Positions 8,509-18,726 of a DNA stretch of 64,000 bases are shown here, one piece after another; position 1 is the stretch's first letter, and every line of letters starts with the position of its first letter. The notes beneath the pieces were generated by a model. That model was given only the letters and a program-made list of their open reading frames with translations. It was not told the origin of the DNA and did no database searches. The stretch is from assembly GCA_021399345.1 (NCBI GenBank), contig JAAFKI010000010.1:19696-83695 (forward strand), in the 5' to 3' direction. The position numbers were made by a program, and so were the translations under genes. Source of the DNA: Candidatus Heimdallarchaeota archaeon (GTDB taxonomy: Archaea > Asgardarchaeota > Heimdallarchaeia > Heimdallarchaeales > Heimdallarchaeaceae).

Positions 8509-10323
8509 TTATCTATAATCCCTCTTAAAAAGCTCTTCTATGTATTTTTCATTCAATATAATGATGGTTGGTCTTCCATGGGGGCAGGTGAAAGGTTCTT
8601 CTAATTCCAGTAACTCTTTCAAAAGCAGTTCCGCTCTATCTAATGTAATTTTATCCCCAGCTTTAATTGATCTTCTACACGCAAACATGGATATTATGTC
8701 CTTTACAAACCCTAGATCTTCTAAATCTAGTTTTTCTTTTATCTCTGAAACATTTGTTTTAAAAATATCAATCATGTCCTTTGCTGTATCGAATTCTATA
8801 GTTACACCCATAATAGATGGAATTGACCGAATTAATATCTCATTCTTACCAAAAACTTCAATTTCAAAACCAAATGTTTTGAGATTTTCCTTTATACTTT
8901 CTATTATTTCAAATTCAGATGGTTTTAGTGTAACTGAAACAGGAGCAAGTAACTGCTGAATTGAGACACTTTTCTTTTTTATTTGTCTAACATATTTCTC
9001 ATAGTTTATTTTTTCATGAGCAGCATGTTGATCACATAAGAATAATCCTTCTTGGGTTTCAGCAACAATGTAAGTGTCCTTAATAATCCCAAGAACTCTA
9101 ATACTCTTTTTTCGTTCAAAGCCTTTTTCTTCTAATTCTATGTTTTTATCCATTGTAGGAAGAAATTTATCAATTCTCTGTTCCTTACTTTTTACAATCT
9201 TATAATCTGGTCTTTCTCTCGGACTTACAGAAACAGGTAATTTTCTCTTTGAAGATTCATGACTTTTGGTTTCAACCGAAGTTAGAGTTGTTGGTTTATG
9301 CCTTGTTTCAATAACTGTTTCGAATAATTTTAACCCACTTTTTTCTAATGATTCTCTGGTAGCCGATTCAATTAGTGCATATACTTTAGCTTCATTACTA
9401 AATCTGATTTCTTTCTTTGTTGGATGTACATTAACATCAACCTCATCTGGCGGTAAGTCGAAATAGAGAAAAATTATGGGATATCTATTATGGGGAACTG
9501 AGGTACCATACCCTCGCGAAACTGCTTCAGATATGACTTTGTTGGTTACAGATCTTCCATTAACAAAGATATATAGATAGTCTTTGGATTTTCGGGAAAA
9601 TTCTGGTTTAGTAATAAAACCTGTAACACTGTATTCATTTTCTTTCTTATTGATGGGTAAACAAGCTCTGGCAATATTTTCACCAAAGATTGAGGTTATT
9701 TGTACAATCAAATCACCTTTGGGAGCTGTAAGTATATCCTTCCCATTATGAGTAAGTGTGAAAGAAATGCTAGGATTTGCAAGTGCTAGTTTAGTTACAT
9801 ATTCTGTAATGTGATTGATTTCAGTAGATATTGTTTTAAGAAACTTTCTTCTAACAGGAACATTGAAGAAGAGATTTTTTACGCTAATACGTGTTCCTTT
9901 TGGTGCGGAGGCTTGTTTGTCTGAAACAATTTCCCCCCCCTCAATTACTAAGTGAACTCCTAAATCTGACTCTTCTGTTTTAGTGATTATCTCAACCTGA
10001 GCGACACTAACAATGCTTGCTAAAGCCTCTCCTCGAAATCCCAAACTATGAATTGAAAATAGATCATCTGCACTATTTATTTTGCTGGTTGTGTGCCGAT
10101 TAATTGACAATTTTGCATCAATAGATTCCATCCCTATTCCATCATCAATAACTTCAACAGTTTTTTTCCCTCCCTCTTGAATGTTTATTGTGATTTTGCT
10201 ACTTTGTGCGTCAATTGAATTTTCTACAAGTTCTTTAACAACAGACGCTGGACGTTCAATAACCTCTCCAGCAGCTATCTTGTTTATAGTAAGCTTATCT
10301 AGTTTGACTATTTTGTTACTCAT
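8509..10323 (-). CDS. mutL: DNA mismatch repair protein MutL (endonuclease-type)
   Basis: GHKL ATPase N-terminus (AAGEVIERPASVVKELVENSIDA, DDGIGM). The C-terminal DQHAAHEKINYE matches the DQHA(x)2E(x)4E endonuclease motif, and CPHGRP is present. Confidence 0.95.
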   Translation of the reverse strand: MSNKIVKLDKLTINKIAAGEVIERPASVVKELVENSIDAQSSKITINIQEGGKKTVEVIDDGIGMESIDAKLSINRHTTSKINSADDLFSIHSLGFRGEALASIVSVAQVEIITKTEESDLGVHLVIEGGEIVSDKQASAPKGTRISVKNLFFNVPVRRKFLKTISTEINHITEYVTKLALANPSISFTLTHNGKDILTAPKGDLIVQITSIFGENIARACLPINKKENEYSVTGFITKPEFSRKSKDYLYIFVNGRSVTNKVISEAVSRGYGTSVPHNRYPIIFLYFDLPPDEVDVNVHPTKKEIRFSNEAKVYALIESATRESLEKSGLKLFETVIETRHKPTTLTSVETKSHESSKRKLPVSVSPRERPDYKIVKSKEQRIDKFLPTMDKNIELEEKGFERKKSIRVLGIIKDTYIVAETQEGLFLCDQHAAHEKINYEKYVRQIKKKSVSIQQLLAPVSVTLKPSEFEIIESIKENLKTFGFEIEVFGKNEILIRSIPSIMGVTIEFDTAKDMIDIFKTNVSEIKEKLDLEDLGFVKDIISMFACRRSIKAGDKITLDRAELLLKELLELEEPFTCPHGRPTIIILNEKYIEELFKRDYR

Positions 10324-10372
10324 AGAATCACAGATATTCTTTGTTTTGAGTTAATTCAAGCAATATTTGCTG

Positions 10373-13030
10373 TTATTTCTCTTTCAAAGTTTTTTTACTT
10401 TTCTTAACTAAATCGTTTAGGATATTGAATGCTTCTACTGGTGTTGTTTCTTCTAAATTCAATTTAGAAACATTCTCTACAATTTCTTCATATGCTGAAT
10501 AAGTACTAGAAACTTGTGATTTTGAAGATTTGGTCTTAACAGTTTCACTTTTCTTAGTGGTACTTTTTTCTAACTCTTGTTCATGTAATAATGATAAGCG
10601 ATTATCTGCATTTGTGATAACATCTTCTGGTAATCCTGCTAGTGAAGCAACGTGAATTCCAAAACTCTCACTTATTCCTCCTTCTTTCACTTTGTAGAGG
10701 AAGTGAATATCTCCATTAACATTCTTGATGGAAACATGATAATTTTTTATTCTAGGCATTTTTTCTTCCAGTTCTATTAATTCATGATAGTGTGTTGCAA
10801 AAAGTGTTCGTGGTCCATTCTTTCCAATATGGTCATGAAGATATTCTGTTATTGACCAAGCTATGGCAACCCCATCATATGTTGATGTTCCTCTACCAAC
10901 TTCATCTAGAATTACTAAGCTTTTTTCTGTAGCATTATTGAGGATATTAGCACATTCATACATTTCTACCATGAATGTTGAACGATTTTCTACTAAAACA
11001 TCATGAGCACCTATTCTTGTAAAAATTCTATCAGTTAGTCCGATTCTTGCAAAGCTTGCTGGTACAAAACTACCAATTTGAGCCATTAAAACTACTAAAG
11101 CAACTTGTCTCAGTAATGTACTTTTTCCTCCCATGTTTGGACCTGTGATAATTAATATTCTCTCTGAATCATTTTTCAGTAATGTATCATTTGGAATAAA
11201 GGATGTTTGTTCCAATAGTCTTTCAACAACAGGATGTCTCCCGTCCTTTATTTCAATAATGCTTTCTTTCGTAATTTCTGGCTTTGAGTAATCATAATAA
11301 ACTGCATTTTGTGCAAAGGTTCCTATAACATCAATCACAGCACAGTAATTAGCATTTTGTTGGATTGGTGTGGCATATTGAGTTATTTCCTCTAATAATT
11401 GGTCGAATAATTCTTCTTCTAAAACTAGTATTTTTTCTTCAGCGTTTAGAATCTTTTCTTCATATTCTTTTAGTTCTGGAGTAATATATCTCTCAGCATT
11501 CACAAGTGTTTGTTTTCTTTCATATTCTTGAGGAACATTAACTGCAGAGGCCTTTGGGACTTCAATATAATAGCCAAATACTTTGTTATAACGAATCTTT
11601 AAAGTCTTTATTCCAGTTCGAACTTTCTCTCTTGCTTCTAAAGAAGTAAGAAATGATTTTCCCCCTCTTTGTATTTTCCTTAGCTCGTCTAGCTCTTCAT
11701 TATATCCGTCTCTAATAACATTACCATCTTTAATACTCACAGGGACTTCATCTTCAATTCCTGTAGCAATTATATTTACCACTTCTGGCAATGGATCAAT
11801 ATTCTTTTTGATATCTTTTATGAGATATGCTTTGAATTCTGAAAGAACTGCTTTAATATTTGGTATCAATTCCAATGAACTTTTCAAAGCGGTTAAATCT
11901 CGTGGTTTACTTCTTCCAAGACATATTCTTCCAATCAGGCGTTCAATATCATTCATTCTTCCAAGTATGTTTCTCAATTCTTCTCTAGATACTGAATCAG
12001 AGGATAATTCTTCTGTTGCATCAATTCTCTCTTGAATTATTGAAAGATTGAGACTAGGCCGTAGTATCCATGTTGTGAGCAATCTTGATCCCCCTGGTGT
12101 TTTAGTATTATCAAGAACTTGTCTCAGTGTTCCATATTCTGTTCTGTCCCGTGAATTTTCTATCAATTCAAGATTTCTAATAGTGCTGAAATCAAGTAAC
12201 ATATGGTCTTGACTTTTGATTTGACTAATTTTTGTGATATTTGGAAAATTTTCTCTCATTTGAGTTTCTTTAATGTATCTGAGTGTAGCTCCTGCTGCTC
12301 CTATCGAAGGAACGAATTCGTTTACTCCATATCCATCTAAGCTTAGAACATCGAATAATCTACGAAGATTCTGAAGTCCTTGCTCAATATCAAAAAAATA
12401 ATCATCTCTATATGTGATAGTACACTTTTGCTGATCAAAATAGATATTCAATTTTGCCCAGAATTCTTGGGTTACTATGATTTCTGATGGATTAAGGCGG
12501 GTTAATTCTACTTCTAGTAAATTCTTTGCTTTTTCACCTTCAAAATCTGTAACTAAAAACTCACCTGTAGATAAATCTAGAGCTGAAAGACCTATCAAAT
12601 TTCCCTCCTTGTAAATTGCAGCTAAGTAATTATTATACCCCTTTGCTAGAGATTCTGGTAAAGTGATTGTTCCTCTGGAGATTAACTGCACAACTCCTCT
12701 TTTTACAATTTTCTTAGTTGTTTGTGGATCCTCCAATTGTTCAACCATTGCAACCTTGTACCCATTTTCTACCATTTTGGCAATATATGCATCCACTGCA
12801 TGATATGGAACACCTGCTAAAGGAAATTTCTTTTCTCCTAGTGTGCGAGCTGTGAGAGTAATATTAAGAACTCGAGAAGCTATTTGTGCATCTTCATTAA
12901 ATGTTTCATAGAAATCTCCCGCTCTGAAAAATATGATATACTCAGAATATTGTTTCTTAATATCCTGCCATTGTTGCATCATTGGGGTTAGTTTAGGCAT
13001 AAGCTTTCTATCATCAAAACGCTTCATCAT
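10373..13030 (-). CDS. mutS: DNA mismatch repair protein MutS (MutS1 type)
   Basis: 885 aa. N-terminal TPMMQQW...FYE mismatch-binding region, Walker A GPNMGGKST, and DEVGRGTSTYDG. Confidence 0.95.
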   Translation of the reverse strand: MMKRFDDRKLMPKLTPMMQQWQDIKKQYSEYIIFFRAGDFYETFNEDAQIASRVLNITLTARTLGEKKFPLAGVPYHAVDAYIAKMVENGYKVAMVEQLEDPQTTKKIVKRGVVQLISRGTITLPESLAKGYNNYLAAIYKEGNLIGLSALDLSTGEFLVTDFEGEKAKNLLEVELTRLNPSEIIVTQEFWAKLNIYFDQQKCTITYRDDYFFDIEQGLQNLRRLFDVLSLDGYGVNEFVPSIGAAGATLRYIKETQMRENFPNITKISQIKSQDHMLLDFSTIRNLELIENSRDRTEYGTLRQVLDNTKTPGGSRLLTTWILRPSLNLSIIQERIDATEELSSDSVSREELRNILGRMNDIERLIGRICLGRSKPRDLTALKSSLELIPNIKAVLSEFKAYLIKDIKKNIDPLPEVVNIIATGIEDEVPVSIKDGNVIRDGYNEELDELRKIQRGGKSFLTSLEAREKVRTGIKTLKIRYNKVFGYYIEVPKASAVNVPQEYERKQTLVNAERYITPELKEYEEKILNAEEKILVLEEELFDQLLEEITQYATPIQQNANYCAVIDVIGTFAQNAVYYDYSKPEITKESIIEIKDGRHPVVERLLEQTSFIPNDTLLKNDSERILIITGPNMGGKSTLLRQVALVVLMAQIGSFVPASFARIGLTDRIFTRIGAHDVLVENRSTFMVEMYECANILNNATEKSLVILDEVGRGTSTYDGVAIAWSITEYLHDHIGKNGPRTLFATHYHELIELEEKMPRIKNYHVSIKNVNGDIHFLYKVKEGGISESFGIHVASLAGLPEDVITNADNRLSLLHEQELEKSTTKKSETVKTKSSKSQVSSTYSAYEEIVENVSKLNLEETTPVEAFNILNDLVKKSKKTLKEK

Positions 13031-13045
13031 TTCTACTCTCTTTAG

Positions 13046-13870
13046 CTATCTTCTCTTAAATTCTTTTTTCTTTTGAATATAAAAATCATATACATCTTTT
13101 GGTTGTTTCTTAGGATCTGCTGCACCCCAAGAGTATATGTCTTCAGGATTATCTTCGCTTAAGTAGAACCATCCCCCTTCTTCAATAATTTTCTTCAGTT
13201 GATTTATTATGGCAACTCCGGCACTAGCACCTAATCTGTCTGCACTTGCATTGACCAGCCGTACAGCGGTCCTTGCAGTTTTTATTCCCCCTGCTGCTTT
13301 TACGCTTAGATCTTTACCAACAGCTTGTCGCATAAGAGCAATGTGATCAATAAAAGCTCCCATCGGTCCAAAACCTGTTGATGTTTTTACATAATGAGCA
13401 CCTGAACTTTTCGAAATTTGACTGGCTTTAACAATCTGATCATCAGTTAGAAATCCTGTTTCTAATATCACTTTTACAATTACACCATCTGCAGCTTGAA
13501 CTACTCTGCTGATATCCTTACCTACAGCGAAATAGTTATTTTCTCTGAAACTACCTATGTCCATAACCATATCGATTTCATTTGCACCATAACTAATTGC
13601 TTCCAAAGTTTCAGTTTCTTTTGTTTTTGATGTAGAAGCTCCCAACGGAAAACCAACAACTGCTGCAATATTAACCTCAGATTTTTTTAGAATTTCTCTA
13701 CAAAAGGATATATGTTCAGAATTAACACAAACGGCAGCAAAATTGTATTTTAGCGCTTCTTCACACAATTTGCTAATGTCTTTCTTTGTAGCAAATGCTT
13801 TAAGATTTGTATGATCAATCATACGTGCAAGTTTTTCAGGAGATATTTTTAGGGAATACACAATATACAA
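13046..13870 (-). CDS. deoC: deoxyribose-phosphate aldolase with about 50-aa C-terminal extension
   Basis: IDHTNLK, VCVN, and VKVILETG...YVKTSTGF (Schiff-base Lys region). The start is ambiguous (TTG 13870, GTG 13861, ATG 13822). Confidence 0.85.
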   Translation of the reverse strand: MYIVYSLKISPEKLARMIDHTNLKAFATKKDISKLCEEALKYNFAAVCVNSEHISFCREILKKSEVNIAAVVGFPLGASTSKTKETETLEAISYGANEIDMVMDIGSFRENNYFAVGKDISRVVQAADGVIVKVILETGFLTDDQIVKASQISKSSGAHYVKTSTGFGPMGAFIDHIALMRQAVGKDLSVKAAGGIKTARTAVRLVNASADRLGASAGVAIINQLKKIIEEGGWFYLSEDNPEDIYSWGAADPKKQPKDVYDFYIQKKKEFKRR

Positions 13871-14089
13871 ATATATTGAAAATACAAAAATATTCCGAAT
13901 GTTTTGTTTTTATATGCATTAGTGACTTTTTACTGCAAATTTTTATTTTGAAACCCTCTAATCAAAGTTTTATCCTATTTTCAAAAGTGCTGTGATTTAA
14001 ATTTAAAAAAATAAAATGTATAAGAAGCCAAAATATTTAAAATCATTCCTCCTCATTGGCACAAAGATTAGAAACACGAGGTTTCATTT

Positions 14090-16183
14090 ATGAAGAAAAT
14101 CAGAAGTACGATGTTTACTTTGACTATACTAGTTGTAATTTCAATGTCATTAATAACAATGTCCGGATTAGTTCAAGGTTACTCCAACGATATCATGGTA
14201 ACTGAACCAACCAATCTAAGCAATCCCATCCCCCCAATTAGTGAAGAAGTTTATTCCCTTTCATCTAATTACACCTATGGGTTTAACGCAACTGCTGTTG
14301 TTAATAGAACAGTAGAAATGCAGACTTTTGGCACTCTGGGTTTAATAGATTCTATTGAAGTAAATATCATTGGGAATGAAAGCGTGATGACATATTTCAA
14401 TTACACTCTGCCTAACATTCATGTTGATAATATTACATTTGCAAGTTTCCGTGTTTCGAATGCATCATATGAAGGTATAGGGAACTCAACTGCTAAGAGA
14501 ACCTATACTTTTCAGAAATATATTAATTACACAACCTTCACGGTTCCATTTAACCTAGACTTAACAAGTATTGGTCAAGGAGCTCAATATTTCATCAATG
14601 TCTATATTGAATTTGCATATCCTTATACATATACAATTGTTAATACTGAACAAGTGCTCAAGTATGAGGAATTAGTTTACCCTTTAATCAATAATATTCC
14701 AATAGTTGATGGATTAGTCTGGATAGAAAAACAAGGAGGAGATATTTTCTTAGACGATGCGGAACATACAATAACTCCTAACAATTCTACAGAAGGCATA
14801 ATATTAATCACTGATGCCGAAACTGGTCTTCTAAAGTGGTCTAACATAACTAGAGAGCCATTTAATTATACTCAATCATATGAAGATGATTTGATGTTGA
14901 ACGTCTATTTATCATCAGTTAGTGCTTCCGGTGATGTAGAAAATCCTGCTAACACAATTCTGTTTAAATCATCTAATGTGTATCGGAAAATTGAAATTGA
15001 TCCTTTTGGTTTGGTTAAGATAACAGAATCTCAAACATTAGTTTTTCTTGGTCCTAAGAAACCAGATGATTATAATGAAATAGATCTAAAACCATATGCT
15101 CTGAACGCCTTTCCTATAATTATGCCAATAAATGCAACCGTCATAGATCTATACGACGATGTAGGTTCATTAAATCAAATTTATCAAGTTGAGAATCAAA
15201 TATTTACTCCGGGGGCATATAATCAACGTCCTAGCGTTTTTCCAGGTCATGATGCATTGGTGATATTTCCAAGAACACCATTGTTCAATGGGGACCAAAT
15301 GGTCTTCACCATAATTTATAAAGTTCCTTTGAATACCTTCTTAACAAAAGAAACAGGCTCTATTAACTATAAGTTTTCATTTGAGCCATGTTCTATCGTG
15401 AATTGGACCATTGATGAACTCAAAGTAGATGTTATTCTACCTAAGGGAGCTGTATACCAAGAAATTCAATACAATAATCCTGATCCCTATCAAGATATGT
15501 ATATAAGTTACGATAAAAAATTCGAATTCACTACACTTGGATTTAAACGCATTATGAGCTTTAAGTTCACTACTTTTTCAGGTAATGACAATGCTCCTGT
15601 AATAATCAGTTACCGCTATTCGAGATTGAACATATTGATTACTTATTTATTACAAGTAATTGTTGTAGGTGTAGTCTTTGCAATCTATCTTGGTATTAGG
15701 TGGTCAACAAAGAAAGCTAAAGATTTAGTGGTAGATGAATCGGATAAAGAATTTATTCCAGTGGATGAAATCGAGGAATTTGTTAAACAATATGAAGAAA
15801 TTTTATCTATTCGTGAAAGATTACGGGAAACTAGGTCAAAATTAGCTGCAAAGAAATTGAAAGCTAAAGCAGGCAAAGATTTGATTGCCAAACTCGAGAA
15901 ACGCCAAAGAATAGAGGAAGAAGATCTGAAGAAGACAAAAGAATCTCTGATAGCTTTTGGTGGAAGATATAAGGAAAATGTTCAAAAGATCGAGATTGCA
16001 GAAAGAAAACTTTACGAAGAAAGAAGAAATCTTCGCATGCTTCAACAAGAATACAGGGTCAAGAAGAACATGACAAGAGAGTCATATATGAAACTCTTCA
16101 GAGAAAGGCAACAAACTATTGAGAAACTAAAGAACGAAATTAATAGTCACTTAATCAGTCTAAGAATGCTTTTAGAACCTTAA
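14090..16183 (+). CDS. type I membrane glycoprotein with cytosolic coiled-coil tail (ribophorin-I-like topology, unverified)
   Basis: Signal peptide, about 510-aa extracytoplasmic domain with at least 15 N-x-S/T sequons by eye, a single TM (ITYLLQVIVVGVVFAIYLGI) and an about 150-aa K/E/R-rich tail. GAGGT Shine-Dalgarno before the ATG. Confidence 0.6.
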   Translation: MKKIRSTMFTLTILVVISMSLITMSGLVQGYSNDIMVTEPTNLSNPIPPISEEVYSLSSNYTYGFNATAVVNRTVEMQTFGTLGLIDSIEVNIIGNESVMTYFNYTLPNIHVDNITFASFRVSNASYEGIGNSTAKRTYTFQKYINYTTFTVPFNLDLTSIGQGAQYFINVYIEFAYPYTYTIVNTEQVLKYEELVYPLINNIPIVDGLVWIEKQGGDIFLDDAEHTITPNNSTEGIILITDAETGLLKWSNITREPFNYTQSYEDDLMLNVYLSSVSASGDVENPANTILFKSSNVYRKIEIDPFGLVKITESQTLVFLGPKKPDDYNEIDLKPYALNAFPIIMPINATVIDLYDDVGSLNQIYQVENQIFTPGAYNQRPSVFPGHDALVIFPRTPLFNGDQMVFTIIYKVPLNTFLTKETGSINYKFSFEPCSIVNWTIDELKVDVILPKGAVYQEIQYNNPDPYQDMYISYDKKFEFTTLGFKRIMSFKFTTFSGNDNAPVIISYRYSRLNILITYLLQVIVVGVVFAIYLGIRWSTKKAKDLVVDESDKEFIPVDEIEEFVKQYEEILSIRERLRETRSKLAAKKLKAKAGKDLIAKLEKRQRIEEEDLKKTKESLIAFGGRYKENVQKIEIAERKLYEERRNLRMLQQEYRVKKNMTRESYMKLFRERQQTIEKLKNEINSHLISLRMLLEP

Positions 16184-16189
16184 TTCTCT

Positions 16190-16232
16190 ATTCCCTTTTT
16201 TCTTTTATTTTTATTTTTATTTATCTTATTTC
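16190..16232 (+). terminator. T-rich terminator candidate
   Basis: CCCTTTTTTCTTTTATTTTTATTTTTATTT directly after the stop at 16183. Confidence 0.35.
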
Positions 16233-16284
16233 TGAAAAAACTTATAAGAAGCTCCGCGATTTTTATTTTACTAAAGTGGGAATC

Positions 16285-16689
16285 ATGCATCTTGAAAGTA
16301 TAACTGAGAGCGCGGAAACAATAGGAAAAGAAGTTCCAGGTCTTTTTGACGTTGCACAAGACCTTGCTCAGGTTTTGAAGAAAGGTAGGCTTATGCTCAA
16401 TAAATTATTTGATCAATGTAATCGTGAAGGATTAAACATAGATTTGAGCCCTGAAGAGCAGAATGAAATTTCTTTGAAAGTAGCATTAGTGACCAATCCT
16501 GACCAAGTTTTTCAATATGCACGAATTGTACAGCTTGTTTTTCAACTCAACTATTTCTCAAAATGCTATGAAAAAGCATTAGGATATGAAAAACTCCCCA
16601 ATATTATAGAAAAAGAGGCTAAAAAACTTCATGTGAAAATAGAAGAGTTTCGCAGACTAATAGAAAAGGAATACGTAGCAAGTATTTAG
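16285..16689 (+). CDS. hypothetical helical protein
   Basis: ORF with no recognisable motif. ATG at 16285 (the track gives GTG at 16276). Confidence 0.4.
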   Translation: MHLESITESAETIGKEVPGLFDVAQDLAQVLKKGRLMLNKLFDQCNREGLNIDLSPEEQNEISLKVALVTNPDQVFQYARIVQLVFQLNYFSKCYEKALGYEKLPNIIEKEAKKLHVKIEEFRRLIEKEYVASI

Positions 16690-16762
16690 TAGAGTTCTTA
16701 TTTTCTACTAATCATAAGAAAGATTTATTGAATTCAAGTTTTACTGGTAGGTTGACTTCAAA

Positions 16763-17518
16763 ATGCTTAGTAAAAATGAGTTAGAGAAATACAATCGTCA
16801 AATTATAATCTCAAACATCGGTGTTGAGGGTCAAAAAACACTGAAATCAAGTAAAGTTTTGGTAATAGGTTTAGGCGGGTTAGGTTCTAGCGTTGTATAT
16901 TACTTAGCTTCAGCTGGGGTTGGAAATTTAGGATTACTAGATCAAGATAGAGTAGAATTGTCCAATTTAAATCGTCAAATTTTACATTATGAAACTGATC
17001 TGGATAAAACTAAAACAGATTCAGCATTCAACAAACTTTCTCAACTCAATTCAGATATAGAAATAATATTACACAAAACTCATCTTAATGAAAGTAATGC
17101 AGAAAAAATAATCTCTGGTTATGATTTTGTAGTAGAAGCGAGTGATAATTTTGAAACAAAATTCCTTGTAAATGATATGTGTATCAAATTGGGGGTACCT
17201 TTTGTGATAGGTGGTGTATTCCAGTTTGAAGGACAAATGATAACTGTTTTACCTAAAGAAACAGCTTGTTACAGATGTGTTTTCAAAGAAATACCCACAC
17301 CGGGTACTTATCCCACTACTGGAGAAGAGGGAGTTATGGGGACAACAGCAGGATTTTTTGGTTTAATAGAAGCCAATGAAGCTATAAAATATCTGATTTT
17401 CAAAGATAAAGATAAACTACTTGCTAACAAAATACTACACGCTGATTTACAATACAACAGCTTCGAAACCTTCGAAGTTGAGAGAGATGTAAATTGCATT
17501 TGTAGAAGAAATAACTAA
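16763..17518 (+). CDS. ThiF/MoeB/UbaA-family E1-like adenylyltransferase
   Basis: YNRQI, nucleotide-binding GLGGLGS, LDQDRVELSNLNRQ, and the CYRC pair typical of MoeB/ThiF E1-like enzymes. Confidence 0.85.
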   Translation: MLSKNELEKYNRQIIISNIGVEGQKTLKSSKVLVIGLGGLGSSVVYYLASAGVGNLGLLDQDRVELSNLNRQILHYETDLDKTKTDSAFNKLSQLNSDIEIILHKTHLNESNAEKIISGYDFVVEASDNFETKFLVNDMCIKLGVPFVIGGVFQFEGQMITVLPKETACYRCVFKEIPTPGTYPTTGEEGVMGTTAGFFGLIEANEAIKYLIFKDKDKLLANKILHADLQYNSFETFEVERDVNCICRRNN

Positions 17519-17564
17519 ATAATACAAGGTAAAGTTTTTTATCTTAAGATTAGGATTTCACAAT

Positions 17565-18134
17565 ATGAATAACAATGTGAGTTATTTTGTTCATCCTACA
17601 GCTTTTATCGAGGATGATGTTACAATTGGAGATGGAACAAAAATTTGGCATCAAGTACAAGTGAGAAAGGGTACAACTATTGGAAAAAATTGTATCTTTG
17701 GAAAATCTGTTTTTGTTGATTTTGAGGTTAAGATTGGAGATAATGTGAAGATACAAAATTTCGTTTCAGTATACCATGGTGTAACTCTTGAGGACGATGT
17801 ATTTGTTGGTCCTCATGTTTGTTTTACAAATGATTACTTGCCACGAGCTGCAAATCCTGAATGGGAATTAGTACCAACCCTAGTCAAAAAAGGTGCTTCG
17901 ATAGGAGCTAATGCTACTGTAGTGTGTGGAATAACTGTGGAAGAATATGCAATGATAGGTGCAGGAAGTCTTGTTTCAAAAGATGTACCAGCGCATGCTT
18001 TAGTTTTTGGTAATCCTGCAAGATTGAAAGGATATGTTTGTTATTGTGGTCATGTTATAACCAAAACAGATGATTATTTACCTTCTGGTACTATACTTAC
18101 ATGTGAAAAGTGTGACAAAGAAAATATAATATAG
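17565..18134 (+). CDS. left-handed beta-helix (hexapeptide) sugar N-acyltransferase, WbpD/WlbB-like, with C-terminal Cys4 ribbon
   Basis: FVHPTAFIEDDVTIGDGTKIWHQVQV... hexapeptide repeats, with a CYCGH...CEKC tail. Confidence 0.75.
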   Translation: MNNNVSYFVHPTAFIEDDVTIGDGTKIWHQVQVRKGTTIGKNCIFGKSVFVDFEVKIGDNVKIQNFVSVYHGVTLEDDVFVGPHVCFTNDYLPRAANPEWELVPTLVKKGASIGANATVVCGITVEEYAMIGAGSLVSKDVPAHALVFGNPARLKGYVCYCGHVITKTDDYLPSGTILTCEKCDKENII

Positions 18135-18338
18135 TAAATTTAGGAACTTTACATATTGCCAGAGCGGTAGAACATTTCTATTTCTTTTCTGAATTCTCTC
18201 TACATCCGACACAAACCTTAAATAACATGTTTACTTGATAACAAACTACTGAATCATCAAGAATGAAGAGTGTTACAAATCTATAAATGCAAAATCGTAC
18301 ACTAATATGATGATTAAAATTTGTTTAGGGGTTAACAA

Positions 18339-18548
18339 ATGAATTTAATTTCAATAAGATTGCCAAGTGAGTTTGTTGAAATTCTGGATGAAATGGTCCT
18401 ACAGGGTAGATATGCTTCAAGATCTGAAGCAATAAGGCTCGCGCTTAGAGATTTTTATAGGGAACACTATGCATCAAAACAATCAACTGATTTTCGTTTC
18501 CCAAATATTGACAACAAATATAATAATATCATTTTTGAAGATGATTAG
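18339..18548 (+). CDS. ribbon-helix-helix (CopG/CdrS-like) DNA-binding protein
   Basis: ISIRLPSEFVEILDEMVLQGRYASRSEAIRLALRDF is a canonical RHH beta-alpha-alpha pattern. Confidence 0.7.
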   Translation: MNLISIRLPSEFVEILDEMVLQGRYASRSEAIRLALRDFYREHYASKQSTDFRFPNIDNKYNNIIFEDD

Positions 18549-18726
18549 ATTCTTCAATTTCATCTATTTCCATCTATAAGGAGCATTTGAAGAAACGTTA
18601 GGTTTAACAAAGTGAGATTTTTTAGTAATATACAATCAGATTAAATGTGTCTTGGAGATAATCCAATACTGAAGTGTTAACTTTGAGATTAGATCTCTTT
18701 ACTGAAATCCAATATTGGTGGAAAAG

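Noticed and set aside
8540-8959. 139-aa plus-strand ORF
   Set aside because: Antisense to the C-terminal domain of mutL. The product is Ser-rich and low-complexity with no motif.
18307-18313. ATGATGA (C-box consensus) in the intergenic region upstream of the RHH gene, possibly a C/D-box sRNA
   Set aside because: No CTGA D box, C'/D' pair or terminal stem at the right spacing. The heptamer is expected by chance in AT-rich DNA.
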